A DNA stretch of 63,342 nt, filler included, from Octopus bimaculoides (GCF_001194135.2; 6 parts of 6 records of this genome joined end to end with filler, not necessarily neighbours in it); one strand, 5' to 3'. Shown: positions 24,621-37,862, counted from the whole stretch's first letter. Notes: generated by a model not told the origin, from the sequence alone. Numbers and translations: made by a program.

Positions 24621-25860
24621 TATATGTTGTAAATCCCAAAAAAAAAATGAAGAACAAACACAAAAAAATGCAAGGACATGGTACATGTAAAGTATTAGCA
24701 GACGCTCAGGGAAGGAAAGAAAGGTGGTTTTACATTTCGAGCAAAGCTCTTCTACAGAAGAGATTAACTGAGTTAGAGGTTAAAATAACCGTCTAAAGGG
24801 ATAGAAGTATCCATTACACTACCAGCATATAACCTATGTTTGACCATGGGCATACATATTTTTTCTTCACTCTGATGAAGCTCCATGTTTCAGATCGGTT
24901 TTATTACCAAATATAAATATTTTTTAGCATATCAATGGAAATACCATACAACATTGGAAGCAGAAGAGATGGGATGCAGTCTATTTGTTTTGAATTAATA
25001 AATAATAATTGATGTAAGTCAATTGTTGCTCATCAAGGTGCTGGCTATCGGCAGTCAGGCTAAGAAAGAAAGATCATAGCTGGCCGGACACCGGACATGT
25101 GGAAGGAAGAGAGAGGAGTAGGGGGCAGTGGGATTGAAGGATTAGAAAAAAATCAGAGACAAAAAGAAAGGTACAGGGGCAATAAACGAGGAGGAAAAGT
25201 GAAAGTTAAAGAGAGGGCCAAGAAATGTGAGAGAGAGAGAGAGGGGAGAGCGAGACCACCAACACTTATGTCCATCTCCTATGTTCCTGCCTTTAGGCTT
25301 TCACTTCATACACGCCAGCTCAATTTGATTCGTCCTCAGTCAAAAGACATCTGTTGTTATATTCTTGTTGTTTGTATTCGTAATTGCGTACCATGTTCTC
25401 CGTTTTTTGACTTTGTTGCCATACACATGTGCTAGCTTTCTTACAAAAAAATCTAATGCTCTTAGCTTAGACTTTTTGGGGGCAACCAAGTGTAGCTGCC
25501 CGAAACAGTAAGGACTTCTGGTAACTCGACTGAGGAAAGAAGACCACGAATGACCTGTCTTTTTTTGCCTGTCCTTCTAATTGTTGTTTCTCCTGTGCAC
25601 CTTTGTATCATTCATCTGTCCGAATGTTTTATTGTCCTCGATTGCATTTTTGTTCCATTTTTTTATATTTATATATCTATCTACCTATCCATCTATCTAT
25701 ATATGCACACATACATATATGTATATATCTATATATATATCTATGTATCTATCTATACACACACACACACATCTATCTATATATATACACACACACACAT
25801 GCATGCATACATATATATATATCTATATCTATCTATCTATCTATCTATCTCTATATATAT

Positions 25861-26012
25861 CATCATCATCGTTTAACGTCCATTTTCCATGGTAGCATGG
25901 GTTGGACGATTTGACTGAGGACTGGCAAGCCAGAAGGCCACACCAGGCTCCAATCTGATTTGGCAGAGTTTCTACAGCTGGATGCCCTTCCTAATGCCAA
26001 CCACTCTGAGAG
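25861..26012 (-). mobile_element. Family C copy, 5'-truncated
   Basis: catcatcatcgtttaacgtccattttccatggtagcatgggttggacg...gatgcccttcctaatgccaaccactc. Confidence 0.85.
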
Positions 26013-27594
26013 TGTATATATATATATATATATACATACATACACACACACATATATATATATATTTATCTATCTATGTATCAATTGATAGATAGATAGA
26101 TAGATAGATAGATATATTAAGTACTTCTGTCTTCAGTTCTCATGCTTCTTAATGTTTAAGTCCATGAAGTTGTGGACCACTACTCTGTTTGCTATGTAAT
26201 TCAAAATTGGCTACAATGTCTCTTTTTCAAGAGAAGTAAATGCTACCTGTGGAATTGTCAGATTTTAAAATTCTTTCCTGTTCAAGTTTTCCATTTCTGT
26301 GAACATTCTCACAACTTTTATACTTCAGTCCTGATGATGTATCATTGAATTAATGCTTACTGCATGACATTTGTGTTGAAGCAAATGGGAAACATTTCAA
26401 ATACGATTGTTCTGCATTTGTATAACCCCAATGTATATAGCATATACACTATAGACATCCTATAGTATACATACATTTCCATTTTTCTTACACCTTGTAA
26501 CAATCCAACAGTGAGAAAAACCACACTCTCTAAGTTTCTATCGGATTACAACACCTTTTCATCAGACAGTCATTCCTGTTAACTGCCCAATGTTTGTAAC
26601 ATAAATCACATTGTATGCATTGAGCTTTATTAAGTGAAATCTTATCTGTCAACGGAAAGTCGGTTGCTAGGCTCTAAAATTCTTACTGCCAATTATACAA
26701 TAATGCAGCAAGGAGACGGTTAACACAGCAATGACTCATTAGTACATTGCCATAGCATGATCACGATATTGGTAAGCTGCAGCAGGTGATTTAAAAATGA
26801 ACTGCTTTGGAAATTACTCATGCTGTGGTCGGAAGATAAATTTATTACTGAAGAAAACATTGACTGATGCAGAGACTAGCATCTGCAGAAAGAGAAAAAA
26901 GTAAAAATAAATAAACAAGTAAAAAAAGTAACAAACAATAATACTCCAAAAAGCATTCATTTGGTTAAGATAATGGCATAGCAGAATCAAGAAATCTTCA
27001 AGCAATATATTTGTTGCTAATTATTAATTTTTTTTTATTTTTCATTCTTTTTTAAAATCCTTATAATTGTTACAACTATAATCTTCTTCCCATTCATGCT
27101 GATGTAAGCTGAAAGTTAAAAACAGTCGAACCAAGCTCTCATGCTTAGATGTGTGATCCTTACGAACCCCAATGTTTAACAAATTCTATGCTTTATGCAT
27201 TACCCACTCTTAGTAAAGCTAGCTGTTTCTATACATTTTCTACTACAATGAGAGTAATGAATTGTTGGTCACAGTGACGGGGGAAGACGTCAGCTGTATG
27301 CATTGATTTTGTATTGTTTTGATTTTTACCTCTTTTTCATGAACACATATATTATTTTAATCTTTTCAACCTCTTTGAATCTTTCGCTTTTTTAAATTTT
27401 TATTATTATCCTGTCTGTATTGGATGGCTTAGCAATTATTAAATTTGCTTGGCAGGTGTTACTTGCTTGCTTTTATACATTTATCTATATCTATTTATTT
27501 CATTCATTCATTCACAGCTGGATGATCCAAATAAAGCAGCCATAAATTATTAGCTGAGTGAATTTCTTTTTGAAAGTAAACCAGCCCCACCTCC

Positions 27595-27645
<51 letters not shown>

Positions 27646-27967
27646 AAAAAATATTGAAAACAATAAAATCAACCCAAAACCTGAATAAGCATGGCATTGA
27701 ATTTGAAATTATTATACAACAAATTTAACAGGACATGAACTATAAATAAAAAAAATAAAAAAGGAGATGGGAGTCACTTAAGGATATCGATACATTCTAG
27801 AACAGGGATAGGGGATATATTATTAGATAGATTATTTGATAGGTTACAGGGTCATGCCCTACAATGTAAACAGGCACATGCTAATTCTTTAGGTCAGAAG
27901 GTTCTTGATGGAGGGCTTTGCATTCTAAACTGCTTCCATTTCACTATTTTACTTATAAGTAGACAAT

Positions 27968-28090
27968 GGCTGCATGGTTAAGAAACTTGCTTTGCAACCA
28001 CATGGTTTTGGGTTCAGTCTCATTGTGCAGCACCTAGGGCAAGTGTCTACAACTATATCCCTGGTCTGACCAATGACTTGTGAGTGTATT
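27968..28090 (+). mobile_element. Family B SINE head
   Basis: ggctgcatggttaagaaacttgc...gggttcagtctc...gggcaagtgtc. Confidence 0.75.
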
Positions 28091-28332
28091 TCTCTACATA
28101 TGTAGATTTAATCGTTAAGATATTATAATCGAGAACCATGAACTCATTACATTTGTAAAGGCATACTTGATGTGAATCTGGATTCAGTTCCTTTTTTTGT
28201 CAATGAAGACAAAATCTAGGAATTGTCTGAATCCACAAGCAGACCTGTTGAATGCAATCAGCAAGAAAGTTCCACATTTTGACCAAGTCATAAATGAGAA
28301 ACAGGAACTAAGAAGTCATTGACTTACATAAA

Positions 28333-28546
28333 GTGGTGTTGCAAAGTTCTTGACTTTAAGGGTATCACAAAAGACCTGGTTAGAGGCCCAACTTTCAGAG
28401 TTCTTTTACAGGACTTAGAAAAACTGAAGGGCCACTGCAAAAATATGTGAATCTGAGAGGGGAATATGTTGAACAAAATCATAATTAACTGATCCTCCTG
28501 TATTTTCTTTTAGCAAAAGTCAGGAACTTTTCAGTATTCACCCCTC
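28333..28546. mobile_element. Mariner-derived MITE
   Basis: Degenerate TIRs (aaagttcttgacttt / aaagtcaggaactttt); interior keeps a transposase C-terminal remnant (LEKLK.HC.K.VNLRGEYVE); second copy 47389-47598. Confidence 0.75.
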
Positions 28547-28591
28547 ATATTTTCACACTTTGACTAATTAGGTAAAAAAGCCCAACTTTCT

Positions 28592-29045
28592 ACCTTCAAT
28601 TTGGTTTTTGTGCCTATCCTCACCTATGGGCAAAGCCTGAAAGAGTACGATCAAGGATATATGCAGCTGAAATGCGGTTCCTCTGGAACAATGTTACTCA
28701 ACAGGGTGTATAACATGGAGACCAAGAAATCTCTCTAGATTCAGTCACCACTTCTTTGTGTTGAGGTCACAGCTCCAGTACTCTGGACATGTGATTAGAA
28801 TGTAGCAAGACAGAATGACAAGTCAGATTCTTCAAGCCAAGCGAACTGGCAGGAGACCTGGGGGTAGACCAAGAACAAGAGGTTTGGATAATATTCACAG
28901 TCTCAGTTAGTCATGCTTGGGAATCCAGTCAGAAAGTCTAATGACAGTTGATTTTGATAGGACCCTATGGAGGAGGAGCCTGAGGACTACCTCCACAGCC
29001 CTCCTCAGAACAGTAGGCAGAGAAGATAGATGGATGGATGGCATT
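28592..29045 (+). pseudogene. 3' end of RTE-clade LINE
   Basis: Broken frames VPILTYG...AAEMRFL...LQYSGHVIRM*QDRM...TGRRPGGRPRTRGLDNI...DRTLWR, typical RTE ORF C-terminus; (GGAT)n tail. Confidence 0.8.
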
Positions 29046-29528
29046 GCGATTGATTTTAATTTTTTTACAGCTTTATTCTAACTGATCAATTTACCTTTGC
29101 ATTTTATGCACTTCATATAAACTTGTTACCAGTTCAAATATGCATGAGGTATATTTGAACCTGTAAGAAAGCCTTTCACTGTCATGAAGAAAATTTCTTG
29201 CAGTAGATAAGTAGGCATAAATACATTGAGTCAGTTCAAAGTTCTCCTTATTTACACTGATGGATGCATGCATTTCAGAGTAGTTATCTCCTCTTCAGCA
29301 TCAGACACAGGAAATGGGTGACACTGCAAACTGACAAAGACCTAGGAATCTCTTGTTATATTTCAGTCAGCATACTGTAACTGGTTGTGCTAATCAGTAG
29401 CTTGGCCATAATAAGATACATATTTTATGGCTTAGTCAAAAGTTAATTTTCTCCTAGTTCAATTTGTTCACTTACAGTACAATATAGTGTGAAAATTAAT
29501 TAAACAGTTTGGGAACCACCAGGAGGCC

Positions 29529-29585
<57 letters not shown>

Positions 29586-29604
29586 TTGATTGATAGATAA
29601 GTGG

Positions 29605-29770
29605 TGTATGTTCCTGTAGCTTGGTGGTTCAGCAGAAGACACCAATAGAATAAGTACCAGACTTTAAATCAAAAAGTACAGAGGGCGATTTGCTTGACTA
29701 AACTCATCAAGGTGATGCCTCAGCATAGTTCAGTCCCATGGCTGAAACAAGTAAATGATAAAAGATAAGA
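29605..29770 (+). mobile_element. Family B tail module
   Basis: aatagaataagtaccag...gcgatttgcttgactaaa...gctgaaacaagtaaa. Confidence 0.7.
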
Positions 29771-30367
29771 AGCATATCCGATATTTTAATTTTATTTTAT
29801 TTTAGACTATATGCTGAGCTGTTCTCCAAGTTCAGATAACAACATGGGCTATTTTTGGTGATCACTGAATAAATCATTGGATGTATGTGTCATTGTTATT
29901 GTTGTTTGATAGTCCCAGTTAGCAACGGTCGAGAATAGCCATGACACAGTGTTAACAGGCAGAACAAAGCAGGTGACAAGAATATCTGTCATTAATTCTG
30001 GCCATGTTGTCCCAAGATTCAGATTCATTTCCTACATTAAGCTAGTCAAGGATCAACAGAGATGTCCTAACAATGCAGGTGATGTACCAAGAAAGGAGCT
30101 TCTACATATTCACTTGATCTGCTAAGTTTCTCTTGAATCACACCATGACTTTTGGGGAAAAGGAAAGTAACATTAGATAATGCAGTCCTAGACATACAAC
30201 ATATCAAATGGCACGGGATAGTCATGTCTGAAATGTCTACAGGTCAGGTTGGTAAGGACCAATCAGGAGCTAAATCAGAACAAAACTGGCCTGTACATAT
30301 TCAACTATGACAAATTGATATCATTCAACAGCAACAAATAAAAGCAATTGCATGTTGGTGGGAATGG

Positions 30368-30510
30368 CCCAATCATTGAGATGTTGACTTTGCAACCACA
30401 TGGTTTCAGGTTCAGTCCCACAGCATGCCATCTTGAACAAGTGTTTTCTAATGTAGCCTGAAACCAACTAAAGCTTTGTGATTGGAATTGGTAGAAAGAA
30501 TATGAAAAAA
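30368..30510 (+). mobile_element. Family B SINE head
   Basis: caaccacatggtttcaggttcagtccca...aaagctttgtgattggaattggtag. Confidence 0.7.
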
Positions 30511-30594
30511 GACCAATGTATGTAAGAGTGAATGTGTTATTGTCTTCTTTCCTTGAAATCATGTGATAGTTGTAAGCAAGTGTCATCGTCATAC

Positions 30595-30770
30595 AGGCAT
30601 TTTCCAATGTTCCATGTAAATATGTCTAGTCTTGGAGAAATATTACTTTACTTGGAAAGAGCTGAGAGTTGGCAGCAGGAAGCACATCCAGACAGAAAAT
30701 CTGCCTCCATAAATTCTGTCCAAACCATGCAAGCACGGAAAAGTGGGCATTAAATGATGGTAATAAGCAC
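30595..30770 (+). mobile_element. SINE-like repeat, family D (3' end related to family C)
   Basis: gagagttggcagcaggaagcacatcc...ccatgcaagcacggaaaagtgggcattaaatgatg; minus copies at 41365-41530 and 51090-51290. Confidence 0.65.
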
Positions 30771-31172
30771 ACTGTATTATGGTGATAGAAATGAGTAATA
30801 CAGAGCTTTGTGCTGTGAGCATGTGCCTCATTGTCCAGAACCAAAGGAACACTTTCAAAAGAAAATGCTTGATTTAGCTGTGAGCAATAAGTATTTGTGG
30901 CAGTAACAATTGTAAACCAGGCGGTCTGAACAACTACGAATGTCTAGGAGACAAGACCAGTACTTGGGGTGATGAAAGGGTACAAAACAAAATTTTTGAT
31001 GAGATGGTATCTGTGTGTGTGTGTGTGTGTGTGTGTATATCATGTATGCTTGTCAAGAGCAGGGCTCATTAACCACCAACAGACCAGAAAATGCAAAATA
31101 TAAGTTAGTCCTAGAGCGCACAATGTTCTTAAAGGTAAGCAATGGCCTTCCTCGGTCACGAGTGGACAGCCA

Positions 31173-31219
<47 letters not shown>

Positions 31220-32003
31220 NNNNNNNNNNNNNNNNNNNNNNNNNNNNNNNNNNNNNNNNNNNNNNNNNNNNNNNNNNNNNNNNNNNNNNNNNNNNNNNNN
31301 NNNNNNNNNNNNNNNNNNNNNNNNNNNNNNNNNNNNNNNNNNNNNNNNNNNNNNNNNNNNNNNNNNNNNNNNNNNNNNNNNNNNNNNNNNNNNNNNNNNN
31401 NNNNNNNNNNNNNNNNNNNNNNNNNNNNNNNNNNNNNNNNNNNNNNNNNNNNNNNNNNNNNNNNNNNNNNNNNNNNNNNNNNNNNNNNNNNNNNNNNNNN
31501 NNNNNNNNNNNNNNNNNNNNNNNNNNNNNNNNNNNNNNNNNNNNNNNNNNNNNNNNNNNNNNNNNNNNNNNNNNNNNNNNNNNNNNNNNNNNNNNNNNNN
31601 NNNNNNNNNNNNNNNNNNNNNNNNNNNNNNNNNNNNNNNNNNNNNNNNNNNNNNNNNNNNNNNNNNNNNNNNNNNNNNNNNNNNNNNNNNNNNNNNNNNN
31701 NNNNNNNNNNNNNNNNNNNNNNNNNNNNNNNNNNNNNNNNNNNNNNNNNNNNNNNNNNNNNNNNNNNNNNNNNNNNNNNNNNNNNNNNNNNNNNNNNNNN
31801 NNNNNNNNNNNNNNNNNNNNNNNNNNNNNNNNNNNNNNNNNNNNNNNNNNNNNNNNNNNNNNNNNNNNNNNNNNNNNNNNNNNNNNNNNNNNNNNNNNNN
31901 NNNNNNNNNNNNNNNNNNNNNNNNNNNNNNNNNNNNNNNNNNNNNNNNNNNNNNNNNNNNNNNNNNNNNNNNNNNNNNNNNNNNNNNNNNNNNNNNNNNN
32001 NNN

Positions 32004-32245
32004 TGGCACATAAAAGACACCATTTCGAGAGTGGCCGTTTTCGTGCGGGTGACACGTAAAAGCACCCACTACACTCTCTGAGTGGTTGGCGTTAGGAAGG
32101 GCATCCAGCTGTAGAAACTCTGCCAAATTAGACTGGAGCCTGGTGTTGCCATCCGGTTTCACCAGTCCTCAGTCAAATCGTCCAACCCATGCTAGCATGG
32201 AAAGCGGACGTTAAACGATGATGATGATGATGATGATGATGATGT
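32004..32245 (+). mobile_element. Family C copy with (GAT)n tail (5' part in gap)
   Basis: Near-identical to 24384-24620. Confidence 0.85.
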
Positions 32246-32290
32246 ATATATGAGAGAGAATGAGAAATTTAAATGTGCATATATATACTG

Positions 32291-32325
<35 letters not shown>

Positions 32326-32334
32326 CACAGGCAT

Positions 32335-32485
32335 GGCTGTGTGGTATGAAGTTTGCTTCCCAACCACATGGTTCCAGGTTCAATTAGACTGCATGGCATC
32401 TTGGGCTAATGTCTTCTATACCCTCAGGTTGACCAAAGCCTTGAGAGTGGATTTGTCTGACGGAAACTGAAAGAAGCCCGCCATA
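32335..32485 (+). mobile_element. Family B SINE head
   Basis: ggctgtgtggtatgaagtttgcttcccaaccacatggttcc...ggaaactgaaagaagcccg. Confidence 0.8.
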
Positions 32486-33495
32486 TATGTGTATGTTTAT
32501 GTCTGTGTACGTGTGTAAGTATACGTCTATGTTTATATTTACATACATACGTACATGGATGTATATGTATACATGTATATACTAATATGTATTTGCGTAC
32601 ATATTTTTGTATACTTATATACGTAATCATATATGTGTATTTGTATGCAAATATATACTTATATATATATATATATATGTAATTTTATTTTATGTGTGTG
32701 TTTGTTACGCACATTTCATGAACTATCTTTTCTTCTCTTACTCAATACTAGCTGGCGTCTTTACATAGCACCCTCCTTTTCTCTCTTCTCTCTCTAGTTT
32801 TGCATTTGTTTCTGTCTCTTTTTCTCTCTCCCTCCTCACTACATTTAAGGTATACTTCCCATTTCTTTCGTCTCCAATAACTGACCTGTATATGTATACA
32901 CCAGGAGATTTTGTGTGCATGCATGTGTGCATACATATATGTATATGTGTATATGTTTGTGTCTCACCTGTATATGTCTATATATATATATATATATATA
33001 ACTATGTACATGTATCTGTATATTTTACTGCAAATATGTATATTATGGATGGTTTAGTATGTGTATATGCTGCTGAAAAAATTTTGGTAATACAGCGTGA
33101 AAATTTTAAATCTAAATGTATTAATTGATTTATATTTTGTATATAACTATTTACCAGATGTATTTAGAATCTATCATACGATTTAAGGTTTTCTTTGGTT
33201 TTACAATAAGATGAATTTATACTGAATTTACTTTGTTTATTGCATGCTTCAGACCGTTAGTTGAAAGAACAAATTAAACAAAACCATTTTCAAAGGTGTA
33301 CCCTTTAAACTAGTTTTATATTTGATTATATCGTCTTTTCTATTCCGTCCTAACAAAACTGTCCAACAAACAGGAACATGAAACTCTGTGTAACAGCTTT
33401 TGTGATATTTCTCTTTTCAATAAAGCATATTTCTCTACCACTGGTATTTGGGTTATTTTGCTTTTCACCTTGTTTCACATTTATGTGCTTACTCT

Positions 33496-33571
<76 letters not shown>

Positions 33572-33574
33572 AGG

Positions 33575-33910
33575 CTTGGCTGTGTGGTAAGTAGCTTGTT
33601 TACGAGCCACATGGCTCCAGATTCAGTCCCACTGCGTGGCACCTTGAGCAAGTTTCTTCTACTATAGCCTCGAGCTGACCAAAGCCTTGTGAGTGGATTT
33701 GGTAGACAGAAACTGAAAGAAGCCCGTTGTATATATGTATGTTTGTGTGCCTGTGTTTATCCCCCGCAACATCGCTTGACAACCGATGCTGGTGTGTTTA
33801 GGTCCCCATTACATAGCGGTTCGACAAAATAGATCGATAGAAGAAGTACTAGGCTTACAAAGAATAAGTCCTGGGGTCGATTTGCTTGACTAAACGCGGT
33901 GCTCCAGCAT
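33575..33910 (+). mobile_element. Full composite family B SINE (head, microsatellite, tail)
   Basis: Head 33575-33730, (TA/TG)n linker, tail 33750-33910. Confidence 0.85.
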
Positions 33911-33930
33911 ATATATACACATACATATAT

Positions 33931-33967
<37 letters not shown>

Positions 33968-35840
33968 CATACACACACACACACATGTATACATATATAG
34001 ATATATATACACATATATATATACACACATATATATATATACACACATATATATACACACAAATATACACATATATATGTATATATATATATATATATAT
34101 ATACATACACACATATATATATATATATATACACATATATGCATACACACATATCTATACACATATATACATACANNNNNNNNNNNNNNNNNNNNNNNNN
34201 NNNNNNNNNNNNNNNNNNNNNNNNNNNNNNNNNNNNNNNNNNNNNNNNNNNNNNNNNNNNNNNNNNNNNNNNNNNNNNNNNNNNNNNNNNNNNNNNNNNN
34301 NNNNNNNNNNNNNNNNNNNNNNNNNNNNNNNNNNNNNNNNNNNNNNNNNNNNNNNNNNNNNNNNNNNNNNNNNNNNNNNNNNNNNNNNNNNNNNNNNNNN
34401 NNNNNNNNNNNNNNNNNNNNNNNNNNNNNNNNNNNNNNNNNNNNNNNNNNNNNNNNNNNNNNNNNNNNNNNNNNNNNNNNNNNNNNNNNNNNNNNNNNNN
34501 NNNNNNNNNNNNNNNNNNNNNNNNNNNNNNNNNNNNNNNNNNNNNNNNNNNNNNNNNNNNNNNNNNNNNNNNNNNNNNNNNNNNNNNNNNNNNNNNNNNN
34601 NNNNNNNNNNNNNNNNNNNNNNNNNNNNNNNNNNNNNNNNNNNNNNNNNNNNNNNNNNNNNNNNNNNNNNNNNNNNNNNNNNNNNNNNNNNNNNNNNNNN
34701 NNNNNNACATAGCGGTTCGACAAAATAGATCGATAGAAGAAGTACTAGGCTTACAAAGAATAAGTCCTGGGGTCGATTTGCTTGACTAAACGCGGTGCTC
34801 CAGCATATATATACACATACATATATACACACACACACACACACACATATATATGTATGTATGTATATTACATACATGCATATTATATATACACTGTTGG
34901 CATTTAACAAAACAGGATATGTATTTAAATTAATAATTGGTCACAAGATGTGTCTTTGAAGGTGTGTGACTCTAGTGAGCTAACTTCACTCAGCTAGAAA
35001 GACAAAAGACAGAATAAAAACAGTTTAGTTTAAGAAAAAAAAAAATGAAATACAATATCTATATATGTGTGTGTATATATATATATATCAATATATCTAT
35101 CTATATATATATATATAGAAAAAATACAATGTAGATTGTGATTGTATTTGTTGACATTGTTGTAGTTGTAGCTATTTCTCTATGAATGCTGTTATTAACA
35201 TCACAACAACATTCCATTCAGTGTCACTACCACCACCAGTGTTACTAACATTGCCACTACCACCAGCAAAGCCGCTGCCGCCACTTCCACATACTGTCAT
35301 CACCTGTGCAACACTGACAGTTACTGCTGCATCAACAATACCAGTACCACCACTGCTGTACGTTGACAGCAACCACCACCATCAGTCACCACCAAAATCT
35401 GCTGCAAATTTCTTTCATTACTTCTACAACATAGTTAAAGTCAATAACACCATAATCACAATTTTTATTACCACCACCACCACCAACACCAACACCACTA
35501 ATTGTACAGTCATTGTGTGAATGAGTGAATGTATGTGCAGTTACACACACATACTATAATAATGAGGGCTAAGCAAGTCTGGAAAACTGCCCTTGCATCA
35601 GATACCACCACCACCACCACCACTGCTGCCACTAGCAATACTTTTACACACAAAATTGCTCTGCTCAAGTATATCAACCTGTTGCCAGATATTTTCCATG
35701 CAGTATTCGTTATTCTTTCCCTAAACCAATGTTTCAGAAACCCAGTGGAAGCAATTACTTAACAACTAGTTTTCAAAAACTAGTTGTTAAAGGCAATTTT
35801 ACTTCCTTTGACAATTTCATGCCTTTTTGCGCAAGATTAA

Positions 35841-36060
35841 CCCCTTAGCATTTAATCTGGCCACATCCAGCCCAAATATTCTCTCTGTTTTATGTTCAAA
35901 GTCACCAGATCCTGCCTCTCACACCTACCCTACAATGTCATTTTGGAAATATATAATTACATCATTGAAATCTCAATGCTACAAGATGATAAATGATTAG
36001 TTGAAAACAATAGGAATAACTAAATGCTACATTTGACAGAATAATGTGAATGCTAAAAAG
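35841..36060. mobile_element. piggyBac-type MITE
   Basis: TTAA at 35837-35840 and 36061-36064; TIRs ccccttagcattta / tgaatgctaaaaag; homologous to 40717-40932. Confidence 0.75.
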
Positions 36061-36099
36061 TTAAACTTTTTTTTCACTTGTTTATCATTTTGACAAAAG

Positions 36100-36315
36100 C
36101 ATGGGTGTCAGGCAAAAGACTAGGACAGTCGATTACATTGACCCTAGTATTTGACTAGAACATATTTTTATTGACATTGAAAGGATGAAAGGCAAAGTTG
36201 ATTTTGGCAGAATTTGAACTCAGAATGTAAAGATCGGAAGAAATACCACTCAGCATTCTGTCTGATGCATAAATAATTCTGCCAGCTTGCTACTGCCTAG
36301 GCAATAATAACAATT

Positions 36316-36348
<33 letters not shown>

Positions 36349-36575
36349 GTAGTAGTGATTTCAAATTTTGGTACAAGGACAGCAATTTCAGAGAGTGGGC
36401 AATTTGATTACATCAACGCCAGTACTCAACTAGTATTCATTTCATCGACCCTAAAAGGATGAAAGGCAAAATCAACCTTGGTGGCATTTGAACTTGGATT
36501 GTAAGGATGAATGACGGCATACCAGGCAAAGCATTTTGCCTGGTATGCTAACAATTCTGCCAGCTCACTGCCTTG
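36100..36575 (-). mobile_element. Two tandem family A SINEs separated by (TAA)n
   Basis: Two reverse-complement copies (about 36100-36300, 36355-36575), each with aaaggatgaaaggcaaa...gaatttgaact. Confidence 0.75.
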
Positions 36576-36593
36576 ATAAAAGAAAAAAGGTTG

Positions 36594-36960
36594 ATAAATA
36601 TGGAGACCTGAGAACTGAGATCACTAAGATGTGGCAGCTACAAGTGTGAAACAAAGGTTGTTTCTGTTGTCAGTGGAGCACTGGGTTCAATACCACCCAA
36701 CCAGAAGAAACATCTGGAAACTTTAGAAATACTGCACAATCTTGGTGTATTGCAAAAATCAGTATTACTTGGAACTGCATGCTAATTGCGTAAAGTACAA
36801 TCTGTCTGAGGTCCTTGTTGTGACCTGACAGACAGTACAACCCCCCCCCCCCCATAGACAANNNNNNNNNNCAACCCCCCCCCCCCCATAGACAATATCT
36901 TCAATCTACATCATGATATTGGATACTGTGCGACGTCTTTAATAATAATAATAATGATAG
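36594..36960 (+). pseudogene. 3' end of R4/Dong-like LINE with (TAA)n tail
   Basis: DKYGDLRTEITKMWQL / TKVVSVVSGALGSIPPNQKKHLETLEILHNLGVLQKSVLLGTAC*LRKV: restriction-like-endonuclease C-terminus. Confidence 0.8.
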
Positions 36961-36979
36961 TAATAATAATGATAATAAA

Positions 36980-37285
36980 AATGATCCTTTCTACCAAAGG
37001 CACAAGGTCTGAAATTCTGGGGGAGGGGACTAGTCAATTATATTGATTCCCAGTGTATCACTGGTACTTAATTTATTGACCCTGAAGGGACGAAAGGCAA
37101 AGTCAACCTCATAATAATAATCCTTTCTACTGGAAGCACAAGGCCTGAAATTTTGTGGGAGGGGATTAGTCGATTACATTGACCCCAGTGTTTCACTGGT
37201 ACTTAGTTTATCAAGGATGAAAGGCAAAGTCAACCTAGGCAGAATTTGAATTTAGAACATAGTGACAGGCGAAATACTGCAAGCA
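36980..37285 (-). mobile_element. Two tandem 5'-truncated family A SINEs
   Basis: Each begins (plus strand) aataatcctttctac...gcacaagg.ctgaaatt...ggtactta.tttat. Confidence 0.75.
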
Positions 37286-37289
37286 TAGT

Positions 37290-37432
37290 GGGTGCTTTTA
37301 CATGACACTGGTACTGGAGCCAGTCACGCAGCACTGGCATCGGCCACACTTAAATAGTGCTTTTTTTATGCGCCACATAAAAAGCACCATTTGAGCGTGG
37401 CCAATACCAGTGCCGCCTGACTGGCTCCCGTA
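37290..37432 (+). mobile_element. Family C internal fragment
   Basis: gccacataaaaagcaccatttgagcgtggcc...ccagtgccgcctgactggc. Confidence 0.6.
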
Positions 37433-37790
37433 CATATATCTACATATACACACACATATATACATATCTATCTATACATATATATACACATATTTTTTTA
37501 AATATATACACACAACAACAACAAATTAATGAGGTGGGGCAAAAAAGTTGTTAATTCACCTTCTTTGTCTGCTTGAATTGGCATCTATATCATCTTCCTA
37601 GAAAATAAAGAAAATATGTGTAAGTGGCACTTAATAAAAACCAATGTTTTTGTTTTGAATTTTACACATTTAAAATTTTTAAGGGTGCAAAGCATTTACA
37701 TTTGAGATATCCAATGGGAGTTACTGAAAATCTGATTACACACACATACACACATGCAATTTATTTAGGCCAGTCTAGTGGAGATTCCAT

Positions 37791-37862
37791 GGTGAGCAGC
37801 TGCTTCTTCAGGTGTGTCCAAATTGATCAACTTAGACTTGTCTGAAGAAATGGTTGCAAGCC
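37791..37862 (+). ncRNA. Candidate pre-miRNA-like hairpin (unconfirmed)
   Basis: Bulge-free symmetric stem 37796-37857 with 4 mismatches and 6 G-U pairs, plus a short basal extension. Confidence 0.3.

Noticed and set aside
33810-34850. Duplicated SINE tail on both sides of a gap (similar cases 3082/4377 and 36839/36872)
   Set aside because: Near-identical gap-flanking duplicates are most simply assembly artefacts.
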